Shown here piece by piece: positions 39,465-49,900 of a stretch of 64,000 nucleotides of DNA. Numbering within the stretch: the stretch's first letter is position 1; every line of letters starts with the position of its first letter. Location: NCBI GenBank assembly GCA_028284445.1, contig JANQRS010000068.1, forward strand, positions 205,300 to 269,299, given 5' to 3'. Source of the stretch: Calditrichia bacterium. GTDB taxonomy: Bacteria; Calditrichota; Calditrichia; RBG-13-44-9; J075. Below the pieces are notes generated by a model, which was given only the letters and a program-made list of their open reading frames with translations, had not been told where the DNA came from and ran no database searches. The translations under genes and the position numbers were made by a program.

Positions 39465-40583
39465 TTACTGCGAGTGTGATTTCCTGAATTGTAAGGGCGT
39501 CATGCCAGTATGTTTTTTGAAAGATGCATTGAATACGGACTTACTATTAAATCCTGACGCATACAGGATTTCAAGAACGGTCCGCTTCGGATTTTCTTCT
39601 TTGATCAGCAAGCATTTGGCTTCTTCAATTCGATAGGCGTTGACATAGTCGTAGAAGTTCTTCTCAAAGGAAGCGTTAATCACGTAGGATAAATAGCGTG
39701 GGCGGATGGATAATTTTTCGGCAAGTTCGTTAAGCGTTAGCGTCGGGTTCAGATAGATTTTTTCGTCCTCCATGATCGCGACCAGTTCATGTAGATACTC
39801 TAACCGAGTTGCCTCAGGGAGAAACGGTTTACTGCGTTGTCGGGTTTTATCGATGCCGGCAAATAGCTCCGGTTGTTTTAGCCCTTTATACACAATCATG
39901 TTTGCAAAGATGAGCAATGAAACAATTGACATATTGTCCATGTAAACAGATCGATGCCCTAAAATTTGAAATGCAAACTCGATCCCTGCTGTGCCCCAAA
40001 GAATAATGAATGCAAACACAATTAGCTGTAGCCAGGTGAGCTTTTGATGCCCGATGGATGAATAGCCCTGCTTCAGTTCGTCCTTATAAACGGACAGCAG
40101 GTAGATTGTCGCGATGCTGTAAGCAAGGAAATGCACATATATCGCTGCCACAATAGTCACGTACTCAGTTTCCGTCAGCACGCCAGTCATCATAAGTTCA
40201 ATTTTTTCTTCGGATGAATAAAAATGGAAGTGGGTTGACATAAAAACCAGGTGGATTAGAAAGGGAACGACATGAAGCAGATGACGCTTTGTCAGCGTAA
40301 AGTTCTTATAAGCCAATGACTGTGCATACAGCAACAATGCCGGACCGAGCAAAAAGTCGAATGATTCGCCGAAGTAGAAAAAGTGAGGAGATATGGCGAT
40401 GAATGTATCCTTGAATTGGAAGGCCGTATAGTTCAAAAAGCACAGCGCTTTAGAAAACAGAAAAAAGGAAAACAGCCTGTTGCTCAGGATGTTGCCCTTT
40501 TTCAGGCTCAGCAAAAAGAAAGAGAAAAACAGAAACTGAAAGATGGTGATAAAAGCGAAAACATCGTAAAAGGTAAGCTCCAT
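39465..40583 (-). CDS. Membrane-anchored AraC-family transcriptional regulator
   Basis: N-terminal roughly 230 aa with 6-7 TM helices. C-terminal AraC-type double HTH (LNELAEKLSIRPRYLSYVI...ILYASGFNSKSVFNASFKKHTGMTPLQFR). Confidence 0.8.
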   Translation of the reverse strand: MELTFYDVFAFITIFQFLFFSFFLLSLKKGNILSNRLFSFFLFSKALCFLNYTAFQFKDTFIAISPHFFYFGESFDFLLGPALLLYAQSLAYKNFTLTKRHLLHVVPFLIHLVFMSTHFHFYSSEEKIELMMTGVLTETEYVTIVAAIYVHFLAYSIATIYLLSVYKDELKQGYSSIGHQKLTWLQLIVFAFIILWGTAGIEFAFQILGHRSVYMDNMSIVSLLIFANMIVYKGLKQPELFAGIDKTRQRSKPFLPEATRLEYLHELVAIMEDEKIYLNPTLTLNELAEKLSIRPRYLSYVINASFEKNFYDYVNAYRIEEAKCLLIKEENPKRTVLEILYASGFNSKSVFNASFKKHTGMTPLQFRKSHSQ

Positions 40584-40836
40584 TTGCGTCTCATTCCCGG
40601 GGACATTGCTGCCTTATACTGCTCTTTTGCAGGATTACGATACAAGAAAATGATTTGTTGCAGGTCAGTTCGGGGTGTTCCCAATTGACTGAATGAACTC
40701 GGTGGCCAAATCCGTTGCCAAAGGGTGGACTTGCGCCAGGCAAAATCGACTTATATATTTATGACAATGCTGCAGTGTCGTTTGGCGTGCAACTGAATGC
40801 CATTGCAAGCCACGGGGCAAAACGGGAAAAGATTAA

Positions 40837-40863
40837 CGCGAATATTCACGAATATTCACGAAT
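40837..40863. promoter_or_regulatory. Triple 10-bp direct repeat CGCGAATATT-CACGAATATT-CACGAATTGG in the AraC/ydeI divergent region
   Basis: Perfect 10-bp periodicity. Located between the membrane-bound AraC-family gene on the minus strand and the YdeI-like gene on the plus strand. Confidence 0.35.
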
Positions 40864-40948
40864 TGGCAAAAGACCGGAATAAGCTTTGAAGCGGTCTTCA
40901 GTAGAGCGCGACAACCTGTTCCAATGGGAGAAGACGGAGGAAGATACA

Positions 40949-41581
40949 ATGCCCTTGAAACCCGAAACTGTTGATCAATATCTCGAAAATGGCTGCGGCC
41001 GCTGCGAGTTTGGCGGTACTCCGCAGTGTAAGGTCCGGCCCTGGGTTGAGGTGTTAAGCTCTCTCAGAAGCATTATTAATGAATCGGCCCTGACTGAAGA
41101 AATTAAATGGGGTGCGCCCTGCTATACTTATGCTGGCAAAAATATCCTGACTCTCAGTGCGTTAAAGGAAAGCGTGGTGGTGTCGTTCTTTCGCGGGGCG
41201 GAATTGCAGGACCTGGAAAACATTCTGGAGAAGCCCGGCAAGAACTCCCGCTTTGCTCGTTATATTCGATTTACAGATGCTGAACGAATTTCCACTCTGA
41301 ATTCCGCGATCCTGGCATATATAAGAGAAGCCATTGAGCTTGAGAAGTCCGGCAAGAAGGCCGAAGCCAGCAAAGATGTATCGCTGGAATATCCGGAAGA
41401 ACTGATTCAAATCTTCGAAGCCAAACCGGATTTCGAAGAAGCCTTTTCCGCCCTCACTCCCGGCCGCCAGCGCGGCTATCTGATATATTTCTCCTCAGCA
41501 AAACAATCAAAAACCAAAGTTGCCCGCATCAAAAAATTCATGCCGAAGATTTTTGAGGGCAAGGGCTGGAATGAGCGGTAG
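40949..41581 (+). CDS. YdeI/OmpD-associated family protein (DUF1801 + YdeI C-terminal motif)
   Basis: C-terminal TPGRQRGYLIYFSSAKQSKTKVARIKK matches the YdeI family signature. The ORF-track start at 40886 is alternative. Confidence 0.6.
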   Translation: MPLKPETVDQYLENGCGRCEFGGTPQCKVRPWVEVLSSLRSIINESALTEEIKWGAPCYTYAGKNILTLSALKESVVVSFFRGAELQDLENILEKPGKNSRFARYIRFTDAERISTLNSAILAYIREAIELEKSGKKAEASKDVSLEYPEELIQIFEAKPDFEEAFSALTPGRQRGYLIYFSSAKQSKTKVARIKKFMPKIFEGKGWNER

Positions 41582-41587
41582 GACAGT

Positions 41588-42208
41588 TTAATCTGCAGCT
41601 TTATACTCAACCAGTCGGGTAATGGGCATGGCCGGCAGATTGCTATCATTAAACTCTAAGTCGACCCTAACGATGCCGATACCGTTTTTCCAATAGTAAT
41701 GGTTGGTCAAGTCCATAAATATAGGATCATTCCGTTTAACTTTAATGAGTACACAATCTGTATAACTCCCGGAAGGGACCGAAACAGTTTCGTCTGTTGA
41801 CGTCACAGAGTAACTGATGCCATGATGTGTTCGGTGATCTCCCTCGATGAGTGGAAAAAATAGTAGAGGATATCCGTTTGAGTCGTCGACGGTGGAGTAC
41901 TGAATGAGATGACTGTCCGACAGATGCCAATACTCATCCCTGACCCAGGTTTGGCCTAAAGCTACTTCGGTTACAGTTTCCAACTTTATAACTTCCAGGC
42001 CATTGTTCAGAAAATCAGGACCTATAATCTCGGTCGTCATATTTACCAGCTTTTCCCTACTCCCAGTTGAAGAATTATATTCCCAGCGGGTGCCTTCTTT
42101 AGTAGAAAACTGTATAACATCCATTCTGGAACTAGCAGTTGGATCCTCGCAGGAAAACAGACTCAAAATCAGGATCTGTAAAGCAATCAAATAAACAAAC
42201 TTTTTCAT
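41588..42208 (-). CDS. Lipoprotein, function unknown
   Basis: Signal peptide and lipobox (ILILSLFSC); 206 aa. Confidence 0.55.
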   Translation of the reverse strand: MKKFVYLIALQILILSLFSCEDPTASSRMDVIQFSTKEGTRWEYNSSTGSREKLVNMTTEIIGPDFLNNGLEVIKLETVTEVALGQTWVRDEYWHLSDSHLIQYSTVDDSNGYPLLFFPLIEGDHRTHHGISYSVTSTDETVSVPSGSYTDCVLIKVKRNDPIFMDLTNHYYWKNGIGIVRVDLEFNDSNLPAMPITRLVEYKAAD

Positions 42209-42841
42209 TTCTCAAAGACCTCCCGTTTTATCGTACGATTGCAGCAACTACGTATGTCTATATCCAGCCACATGGCAGGACCGTTTACGCGTTCTAGTGC
42301 AAAAAATGATAGTTGGTTTCGATAAGCGGGGTGAAATAATTCTCACTCTCCAATCACTTATAAAAATTTAGAAAGAAAAGTCAATAGATGCAAGAATACA
42401 AGGCTATTGTCCGAGAAATTCCCTGTAAGAACAACACATGTTGTGTATTTGGGGCGCTGATTCTTGGCGGAAAGCGATGGGGGAGTTTGGGCTGCTTCAC
42501 ACCTTACCGGCAGGATAAAACCTATAGTTTTGTATGCAAATTTAATATTATGTGTTGGATTTGCATACACGCTAATTCCTGTCTCGAAACCTTTCCTGTG
42601 ACAGACAAGGTTAGAGCCATATCTCTTATGGATCTTATGCATGAAGTGGCTTAGGCTGAGTGAGAAGGACTGAAGATTTACCTGCAAACAAAGCTAATGC
42701 AATAGTGCACACTTTGGGATAAGTGTGCTTAACTGCGAGAAAGAAAACTGCCCATGCTTTAGTACAAAGTTGGGCAGTTTTCCTCTTTTTCGAATATACC
42801 CGCTGATCGAGAATGCGCTGACGATACTCCGAAAGATAGGT

Positions 42842-43132
42842 CTATGCCTCGTGGGGGTGAATAGTTGGACAGAAAACGCCGCTTTTATTTGTTTCAATAC
42901 ATCCGTCTTTTTTGAGAACTCGATCCTTTGATGAAGGATATTTCTCCAATAGCTCATGTGGCCTGATCGGTCTTTGCGCAAAGTCACCGCCGCAATTGGG
43001 ACATATGCCATTTAGAATTGTTTCAGTACACTTTCTGCAAAAAGTACATTCAAATGTGCAAATCATAGCCTCCTCTGATGCGGGCGGCAAGTCTTTATCA
43101 CAGCATTCGCAATTTGGTTTGAGTAGTAACAT
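42842..43132 (-). CDS. DUF1272-family zinc-ribbon protein
   Basis: PNCECCDKDLP...ICTFECTFC..C...CPNCGG...RP is the DUF1272 cysteine signature. Confidence 0.6.
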   Translation of the reverse strand: MLLLKPNCECCDKDLPPASEEAMICTFECTFCRKCTETILNGICPNCGGDFAQRPIRPHELLEKYPSSKDRVLKKDGCIETNKSGVFCPTIHPHEA

Positions 43133-43150
43133 AATGTTCCTTTCTGGCTT

Positions 43151-44155
43151 CTAACGGAATCTTTTTCGATAGCTGGATGGATCAATGGATAAATATCTGT
43201 GGAAAGCACGGCGCATTCCCTCCGGGTTGCTGAATCCACAGGCATGGGCGATTTCCTTTATCGACATCGTGGTTTGTTCAAGCTTGGTGCGCGCTGCCCC
43301 CACACGGCAACGATCCACGAACTTTCCTGGAGATGTTCCGACTTCTCGTTGAAATATTCGTGCGAAATTTCGTTCACTCATGGCAGCATATTTTGCCAAT
43401 CCCGATACGGATAAATCAGCATTGAGATGGTCGAGAATATACCGTTGTATATCACGTATGGCTGTAGAGCTACTTTCTGCCATCAAATGTTGGCTAAATT
43501 GGGCCTGTCCACCGGGACGTCGCAGAAATAGAACCAAGCGCTGTGCAACCAACAATGCGATTTCTTGGCCCCAATCTTCCTCAACCAGAGCAAGAGCGAG
43601 ATCCATGCCAGCTGCAACTCCAGCAGATGTGTAGATTGGTCCATCACGAACATAAATACAGTCTGGTACTACAGCGACATTAGGAAATTCGTGGGCTAGC
43701 TGCGCAGAATCACTCCAATGCGTTGTTGCTCTACGTCCGTCAAGTAGTCCAGCTTTTGCCAATAGCAGGGCTCCGTTGCAAACCGATGCGATGCGACGTA
43801 CCTCTGTCGCCATGCTGGTGAGCCAGAAAACCAATTGATGATTATGGCGGATATCTTCTATACCATCTCCCCCGGCAACCAGTAAAGTATCAATGTTGAA
43901 ATCAATTTCCCGAATATCCTGAGTTGCCACAATCTGGATCCCTGACATTGTATTTACCGGACCCACCTGGCTTGCGAAAATCTCAAAAGAATATGCTGAA
44001 CCTTGTGTAACTTGGTTTCGTTGGAGCCAACGATCCGCACACGCAAATACCTCTAACGGACCTGTAATATCTAAAGACTGGGCATTCTCAAAAGCAAGTA
44101 AACCAATCCGTCGATTGATATTTTTGGAACCGATTCTTGTATAAAGTTGAGTCAT
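43151..44155 (-). CDS. GlxA-family transcriptional regulator (DJ-1/PfpI domain + AraC HTH)
   Basis: DJ-1/PfpI-type N-domain with a Cys elbow (ASVCNGALLLAKAG) and a C-terminal AraC HTH. Confidence 0.8.
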   Translation of the reverse strand: MTQLYTRIGSKNINRRIGLLAFENAQSLDITGPLEVFACADRWLQRNQVTQGSAYSFEIFASQVGPVNTMSGIQIVATQDIREIDFNIDTLLVAGGDGIEDIRHNHQLVFWLTSMATEVRRIASVCNGALLLAKAGLLDGRRATTHWSDSAQLAHEFPNVAVVPDCIYVRDGPIYTSAGVAAGMDLALALVEEDWGQEIALLVAQRLVLFLRRPGGQAQFSQHLMAESSSTAIRDIQRYILDHLNADLSVSGLAKYAAMSERNFARIFQREVGTSPGKFVDRCRVGAARTKLEQTTMSIKEIAHACGFSNPEGMRRAFHRYLSIDPSSYRKRFR

Positions 44156-44476
44156 AAGTAGATATTAGAATAGTTAATGTTTTGCTTGCAGTGATCTATA
44201 ATGACCATTGCAAAAACTAGAAGGCCTGTCTAATAGTTGCTGAGCACTAATTTATGATCATTAGATTGTGGCAACAATGACATTTAACCCTCATTTTCTG
44301 CCAAATATCAGTCATTTAAAGGGTACTGAGGCATCCGTCTGTTCCCGCATCAATACATTTACCTTCCGAACATTTCGCTATTCCCTAACGTAGATGTATT
44401 TGTCATAAATATGACAAAATGTTAATATAAGAAAGCAATCTTCATAAGAATTGGCAACGAGGGGGCGAGAATCGTT

Positions 44477-46951
44477 TTGCCAGTCTACCAACACATGTTT
44501 CGTAATTCCCGGAATTTAGCGCTGCGTTTTTTGCTGGCTTTTGGCTTCTTTATCGGGCAATCAGGTGCAGCCCAGGACTCTACTGCATTGATCGTCACTC
44601 ATGCGCCAACTCCTGCGCCGGGACATTTTTCTGAAACATCCGATACCTACAAATGGTTTTATGATACCGAAGTAACGAACAGTCTTGATTTTCCGCTTAA
44701 GGTTGTGCGCTTCGGCGTTGCTTTTAAGCAACTCGGTGTATGGTCATTACCAGAAGATCGTGGCGAAGTTTTCGGCAATGCTGAATTTGTTCAGTGGTAT
44801 GGCAGTGGCGATTCATTGCCGGACGGATGGTTGCCGGCGGGTAAGGCCGCAAAGGTCAAAAAGAACTGGAATACCTGGTCGTCTGCTGTTCCCGCACCAA
44901 CGAAATGGGTATATACAGCCGTCGATTCACTTGGCAATGAATATCACGGCTACGGCATCGTTGACTTACAAAGTGTCCCCGTTCCGGTTTTGCATGGGAC
45001 CATGACTTACCCCACCACCTTCCTTTACAAGCAAGGTGACAATCCGGCCTGGGCCGAGAGCGATTTTGACGATAATGATTGGTTCAACATGCCTCTGCCG
45101 GGACGCTACCCTGAATCTTCCTCAGCAGGCATTCGCTGGTTGAGAATTCACCTGGAGGTGGATTCTTCGTTGCATGATATACCGCTGGGCCTTACCGTCA
45201 ATTGTCACGGGGCAACGGAAATATATATAGATGGCATGAAGGTTTTTCAACGTGGTGATATTGGACCGTCGATACAGGGAGAATTGCCGGTGTCGAGGAT
45301 TGAATATCCCAAGCCAACCGTCGTTACCTTTCGTAAACCGGAGAATGCTTCCGGGCAAAGTTATTCGCATGTGCTGGCCATTCGCCATTCCACTTATTTC
45401 CTCGAGGGCGCAGAGTGGTCGGGCAAAACGCCGGATATTAATTTCATTTTTGGTGATTATCAGGTGATGAGTGATGGCTATGTGGAATTGATCCGTAAAA
45501 TCTCCTTTCATCAAATGCTCCTGATGGGGATTTTCCTGGCTTTTGCTTTAATCCATTTGCTCCTCTATGTTTATTATCCAGCGATAAAGGCGAACCTCTA
45601 CTTTTCTCTGATAAGTTTGGTTGCCAGTCTCTTTGTCTTCACTTTTTTTCAGGACCGCTTCTTTGCCGAAAATGCTTTCCAGGAACTTTGGTTGGTGCGA
45701 GTGGGAAATTCCATCGTTGGCGTCCTCCTGCTGGCAATGCTGCGCTTTGTTTATGAGATTACCGGCCAAAAAGTCCCGCGATATTTTCTCTTACTGGTTG
45801 GCGCTGTTGCCATTTTCCTCATTTACAATTGGATGCGACCCTTTCAGGCATCAACGCCCGGACTGATGATTGTGTCCTTGTGTTTGATAGAAATAGTACG
45901 GACCATCATTCGTTTTCGCCGCAAAAAGGCAGAGGGCATACTCGAGGGTGCGTGGATTATTCTGCTTGGCATGGGAGCTGTTTTGCTCGGCGCAACTTAT
46001 CAAATCCTGGTTTTTGATCTGGATCTATTCCCGGCATTTTGGACAATCGCAGATTTCCCGGTGCTGTTTTACTCAGCACTACTGCTTATGCTTTCAATGT
46101 CTGTGGTTTTATCAAAGAACTATGCACGAACAAATACATCTCTTGAGGCAAAGCTCATCGAGGTAAAAGCGCTTTCCGAAAAAAATCTCAGGCAAGAACG
46201 AGAGCGTATGCAGTTGGAAGCTGAAAATCTTCGCAAAACGCGGGAGTTGGAAGAAGCCCGGCAACTCCAGTTGTCGATGTTACCGGAAAGCCCGCCGGTT
46301 TTGCCCGACCTGGAAATTGCCGCCTACATGGCGCCGGCAACGGAAGTGGGGGGAGATTATTATGATTTTAAACTGCATGATGATGGTTCATTAACAATTG
46401 CCATTGGCGATGCCACCGGTCATGGCATGAACGCCGGTACTATGGTTGCCGCTACGAAAGCGCTTTTTAGCTCTTTGGTTGATGAAACAGACCCTGCAAA
46501 TGTATTGAAAAAAAGCACCAGGGCCATCAAGAAGATGGGGTTGAAGAAGATGTTCATGGCCTTGACAGTGGCGAAGGTGAAAGATAAGCAGATGCGGATC
46601 GCCGCGGCCGGTATGCCTTATGCCCTGGTTTATCGGGCAGCTTCCTGCCAAGTCGAAGAAATCGAGCTGAAAGGTATGCCCCTTGGTAGCTTCGTTGACT
46701 TTCCTTATAAAGCAAAAGAATGTAAACTGGATGCCGGTGATATTGTCTTGTTTATGAGTGACGGTCTGGAGGAGATGTTTAATCACGAGGGGGAAATTTT
46801 TGGAGATGACCGCATAAAGCACTGCTTCAAGGAAGCCGTTTTGCATCCAGCCAGTAAGATCATCGATATTTTGAAGGTAGCCGGCAAGGATTGGGCGAAC
46901 GGTCGCGCACAGGAAGATGATGTCACCTTGGTGGTGATAAAGTTGAAGTAG
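44477..46951 (+). CDS. 7TM-DISM receptor with cytoplasmic PP2C/SpoIIE-type serine phosphatase domain
   Basis: Signal peptide; a roughly 300-aa extracellular beta-rich domain; 7 TM helices; a coiled coil; and a PP2C domain with Asp-rich metal motifs (VGGDYYDF, GDATGHG, FMSDG). Confidence 0.8.
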   Translation: MPVYQHMFRNSRNLALRFLLAFGFFIGQSGAAQDSTALIVTHAPTPAPGHFSETSDTYKWFYDTEVTNSLDFPLKVVRFGVAFKQLGVWSLPEDRGEVFGNAEFVQWYGSGDSLPDGWLPAGKAAKVKKNWNTWSSAVPAPTKWVYTAVDSLGNEYHGYGIVDLQSVPVPVLHGTMTYPTTFLYKQGDNPAWAESDFDDNDWFNMPLPGRYPESSSAGIRWLRIHLEVDSSLHDIPLGLTVNCHGATEIYIDGMKVFQRGDIGPSIQGELPVSRIEYPKPTVVTFRKPENASGQSYSHVLAIRHSTYFLEGAEWSGKTPDINFIFGDYQVMSDGYVELIRKISFHQMLLMGIFLAFALIHLLLYVYYPAIKANLYFSLISLVASLFVFTFFQDRFFAENAFQELWLVRVGNSIVGVLLLAMLRFVYEITGQKVPRYFLLLVGAVAIFLIYNWMRPFQASTPGLMIVSLCLIEIVRTIIRFRRKKAEGILEGAWIILLGMGAVLLGATYQILVFDLDLFPAFWTIADFPVLFYSALLLMLSMSVVLSKNYARTNTSLEAKLIEVKALSEKNLRQERERMQLEAENLRKTRELEEARQLQLSMLPESPPVLPDLEIAAYMAPATEVGGDYYDFKLHDDGSLTIAIGDATGHGMNAGTMVAATKALFSSLVDETDPANVLKKSTRAIKKMGLKKMFMALTVAKVKDKQMRIAAAGMPYALVYRAASCQVEEIELKGMPLGSFVDFPYKAKECKLDAGDIVLFMSDGLEEMFNHEGEIFGDDRIKHCFKEAVLHPASKIIDILKVAGKDWANGRAQEDDVTLVVIKLK

Positions 46952-46963
46952 CTGGTTTTCGGC

Positions 46964-49900
46964 TCACACCCAGGCCCGCAAATTACTACAATCATTCTCG
47001 GCATCCTGTACACCGCAGACCCTGCAGCGATTGAGGTCATAATAGAGATCGGTATCTACGGCCTCGCGGCGCTTGATGACCAAAACGATCGGAAAGCTGC
47101 TACGGTCCTCTTTGTTAAATGATGGTTGGTCTGCGAGATCATCATGGCGCTTTCTTTTTTCATCCATCCAGTAAAATTGATAGAGCGGTTCGCTTGTTTC
47201 CCGGTTCATAAATTGACATAAGGCCCGGCTGTACTCATACCATTCTCGAAAGGCGTCGAGGTTCCCAATCGGTAGAATGCGAATCAGCCGTATTTCGTGG
47301 CGCGGTACGTCACTTTGGTGCTTCATCGGGCGCTTCTTTTGGAAAAAGCCAAAAAGCCGATTGAGCGTGAAGTAGCTGTTTTGACAGGATGCGTCCTGGA
47401 AATAATCAACATTGAGAACCCAATCATCACTTTCGTCGCCTGAGGGCGAACAATAGGTTGGCTGACCGCGAAACACCAGCTGGTTTAGCACCTGAGAGAT
47501 TTGGCCGGGATGCGTCGCATTGCTGCCGCAACAAAAAATGCGGGCATATGGCGAAGACGGCGTTGGCAACTCTTCGGTCTTCGCCTGGGTCATGCTGCTA
47601 CAACACTGGTAGTTCTGGCTATGCCAAAGCCGCGAATCGCCGGTGCGATTGATTTGCGGATTTAGGCGCAGGTTATTGGCGCCGGCAACAAAATCCTGAT
47701 ATGCTGAAATCCGGCAGTGGGTCATGCCGGGACAGGCATATTTGCCACTTACACCGTTTTCATCCGGATCCATCATTACCTGTTGGAATTCTGTAATGGT
47801 GCTATCCTCACCACATTTGCGGCGAGTGAGCCGATCCAGTACTTCCGGTACCCCGGGCGGTTGCGGCTTCTCGTGCGTATCAAGCCTGCGCTGCAATGCT
47901 TCCAGCTCGCTGCGTCCATACATCTCGGCGATATCAAGTTCTTTTTCGCGATGTTTACGGCCATCGTTTACGTAGGTGCGCACAATGCGGCTGGTTTCTT
48001 CAGCGACGGCCTCAAAAATCGGTGAATCTTTTCGAACCGGGACCAGAGAAGCGTAACCACTCAGGGCGAATCCGTTGCCTGCCGGGTCGAGGGTGATATT
48101 TCGCAGGTGCCGAAACGAAGGCACGCGAATATCTTTGGCGCTTGCCTGCCAGAGCTGCTCCAGGAGATCCATGGTTGGCGGCACAAAGTCGATGCCGGAT
48201 AGCCGCGCCATGTAATTTGCCAATGCGCCCGGACGATTTGGAAAGCAACTGCTGATTTCCACAAATTGCTTTTCATGATGGGGCAATTTTTGTGGATTGA
48301 TGCCACTGTTCTCGGCACGCGATAGTGTGCGCCTGGCCCCGGCAATAATTTCTTCTGCATCCGACAAAGAGTCGGTGATTGTTTCACCAACCAGCTCACT
48401 AGTATAGTGATCGTAGCGGGCATGTGCCGGATAGCTGGTATCTAATGCCACCAGTTCATTGTGCATCTTGCAAAGGGCATCATAGTAGCGGGAGGCATCA
48501 CCGAGGATCAGACGCTCACGTTCATCGCCCAATGAAGTTGACAAGAGAATCAGCGGCAGGCGAAATTTCGAGGGTTGGCGCGTTTTTAAGCGTTCCAGTG
48601 CCCGTACGCAGCGAGCAAGCAGCAGCGAAGAATGTTCAATTTCATCATGATCGATGACCAGAATTTGCGGCTGATGCTCGCGAATACAAGCCTCGATACT
48701 GATGCTGTCCGCCTGGTTGACGACCCGCGTTGGAGAATTGATGGTGTCAATTTCCGGCACGTCGTCCGCCTCATCGGGGAATCGTCCGCCGGTCACGAAT
48801 GTCTGCGGCCAGGCAAGATCAAAAGTGTCTTTATTGTCTTTATCTTTTAGCACTGGATAGCCGATTCGTTCATCCGGAGCAACTGCTAAAAAGGCAATGT
48901 TTTCCTGAACCAGCGCCGATTTTTTCTCGAAACTACCCGGTAGCGAATTCCAGATATGTTCTACCATATAGTGGTTGGCCTTGTTGTTCCCCACAATCAG
49001 GATCCTCGGCCATTGATTTTTCGGCATCTTTTCCAGGGAGCGGACTTTCAGAATGGCGGTCCAAAGTTTATGGCCAAGGGTTTTTCCCTGGTTATGTTTC
49101 GGATAAACCAGCACGATGCGCCGATGGCGGGCGCGATAAGTAAGGTAAGAAATCTGATCGCTGCGGCTCACGCTCATGATGGTACTGATATTAGTGCGAT
49201 CCGCCTGTTCAAATACTGCCTGCACACTTTCTTCATCCGGCACCATACTGATGATCAATCGCGAACGCTCCAGGTTCACACGCGAGGGCATCGAGGCTTC
49301 GTTTGCCTCTCCAATCACCATTGGCACCAGGATGCGCGATTCCGGGTGTATGATATTGCCGCGCGGATCGCGGCTTTTGTAAATGCGCCGATGGGTGCTG
49401 GCCACGCCATATTCCCCAAGCGTCTGGTTTTCCCCAGCGTAGATCAGCTCGTCGCGGCGACGCTCAACAATCACCGCGTGGCTAGAGAGCATTTCAATGC
49501 GAATATCGGGAGTCACTACTTCCAGAAAATAGTCCCCGTTTTTCCCGCTGAGCATCTGATTGACTTCCCTTTCCACCACGCGCTGCCCGAGGCTGCCAAA
49601 TCCCAGGAAAACGATGTGCCCTTGCACCATCATCAATTGGGTGGAGAGTCGTTTGTTGAAGTAATCTGCGAAAGTAACATCCGGATTGATCGCGGAAATT
49701 ACCAGATTGCTGAACCAGGCGAAGAAGACCCCAATGGCCAGGATGATCTGATCCGCTTCTGTAAGGGTATCCAGCATCTGATATTGATCGACGGATACAA
49801 ATACAATAGGGGTAAAGAGGAAGATAAAGGTCAGCACCAGGCCCCCAGGCACCAGCACCGGTTTGTTCAGGAGGAGGGCGAGGGCAAAGTGCCGGAGATA

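Noticed and set aside
42452-42480. GGGGCGCTGATTCTTGGCGG resembles the conserved 5' end of tmRNA (GGGGCTGATTCTGGATTCGACGGG).
   Set aside because: No tRNA-like 3' end (no GGTTCGA-TCC T-arm or CCA context) within about 400 nt on either strand. No ALAA-ending tag reading frame. The match is limited to about 12 nt, so it is probably chance.
42358-42687. Overlapping Cys-rich small ORFs (88 aa on plus, 109 aa on minus) in the 630-bp gap between the lipoprotein and DUF1272 genes.
   Set aside because: No SD or signal peptide, no recognisable motif, and mutually exclusive frames. They are more likely non-coding. The region may hold a promoter or a small RNA, but nothing specific could be supported.
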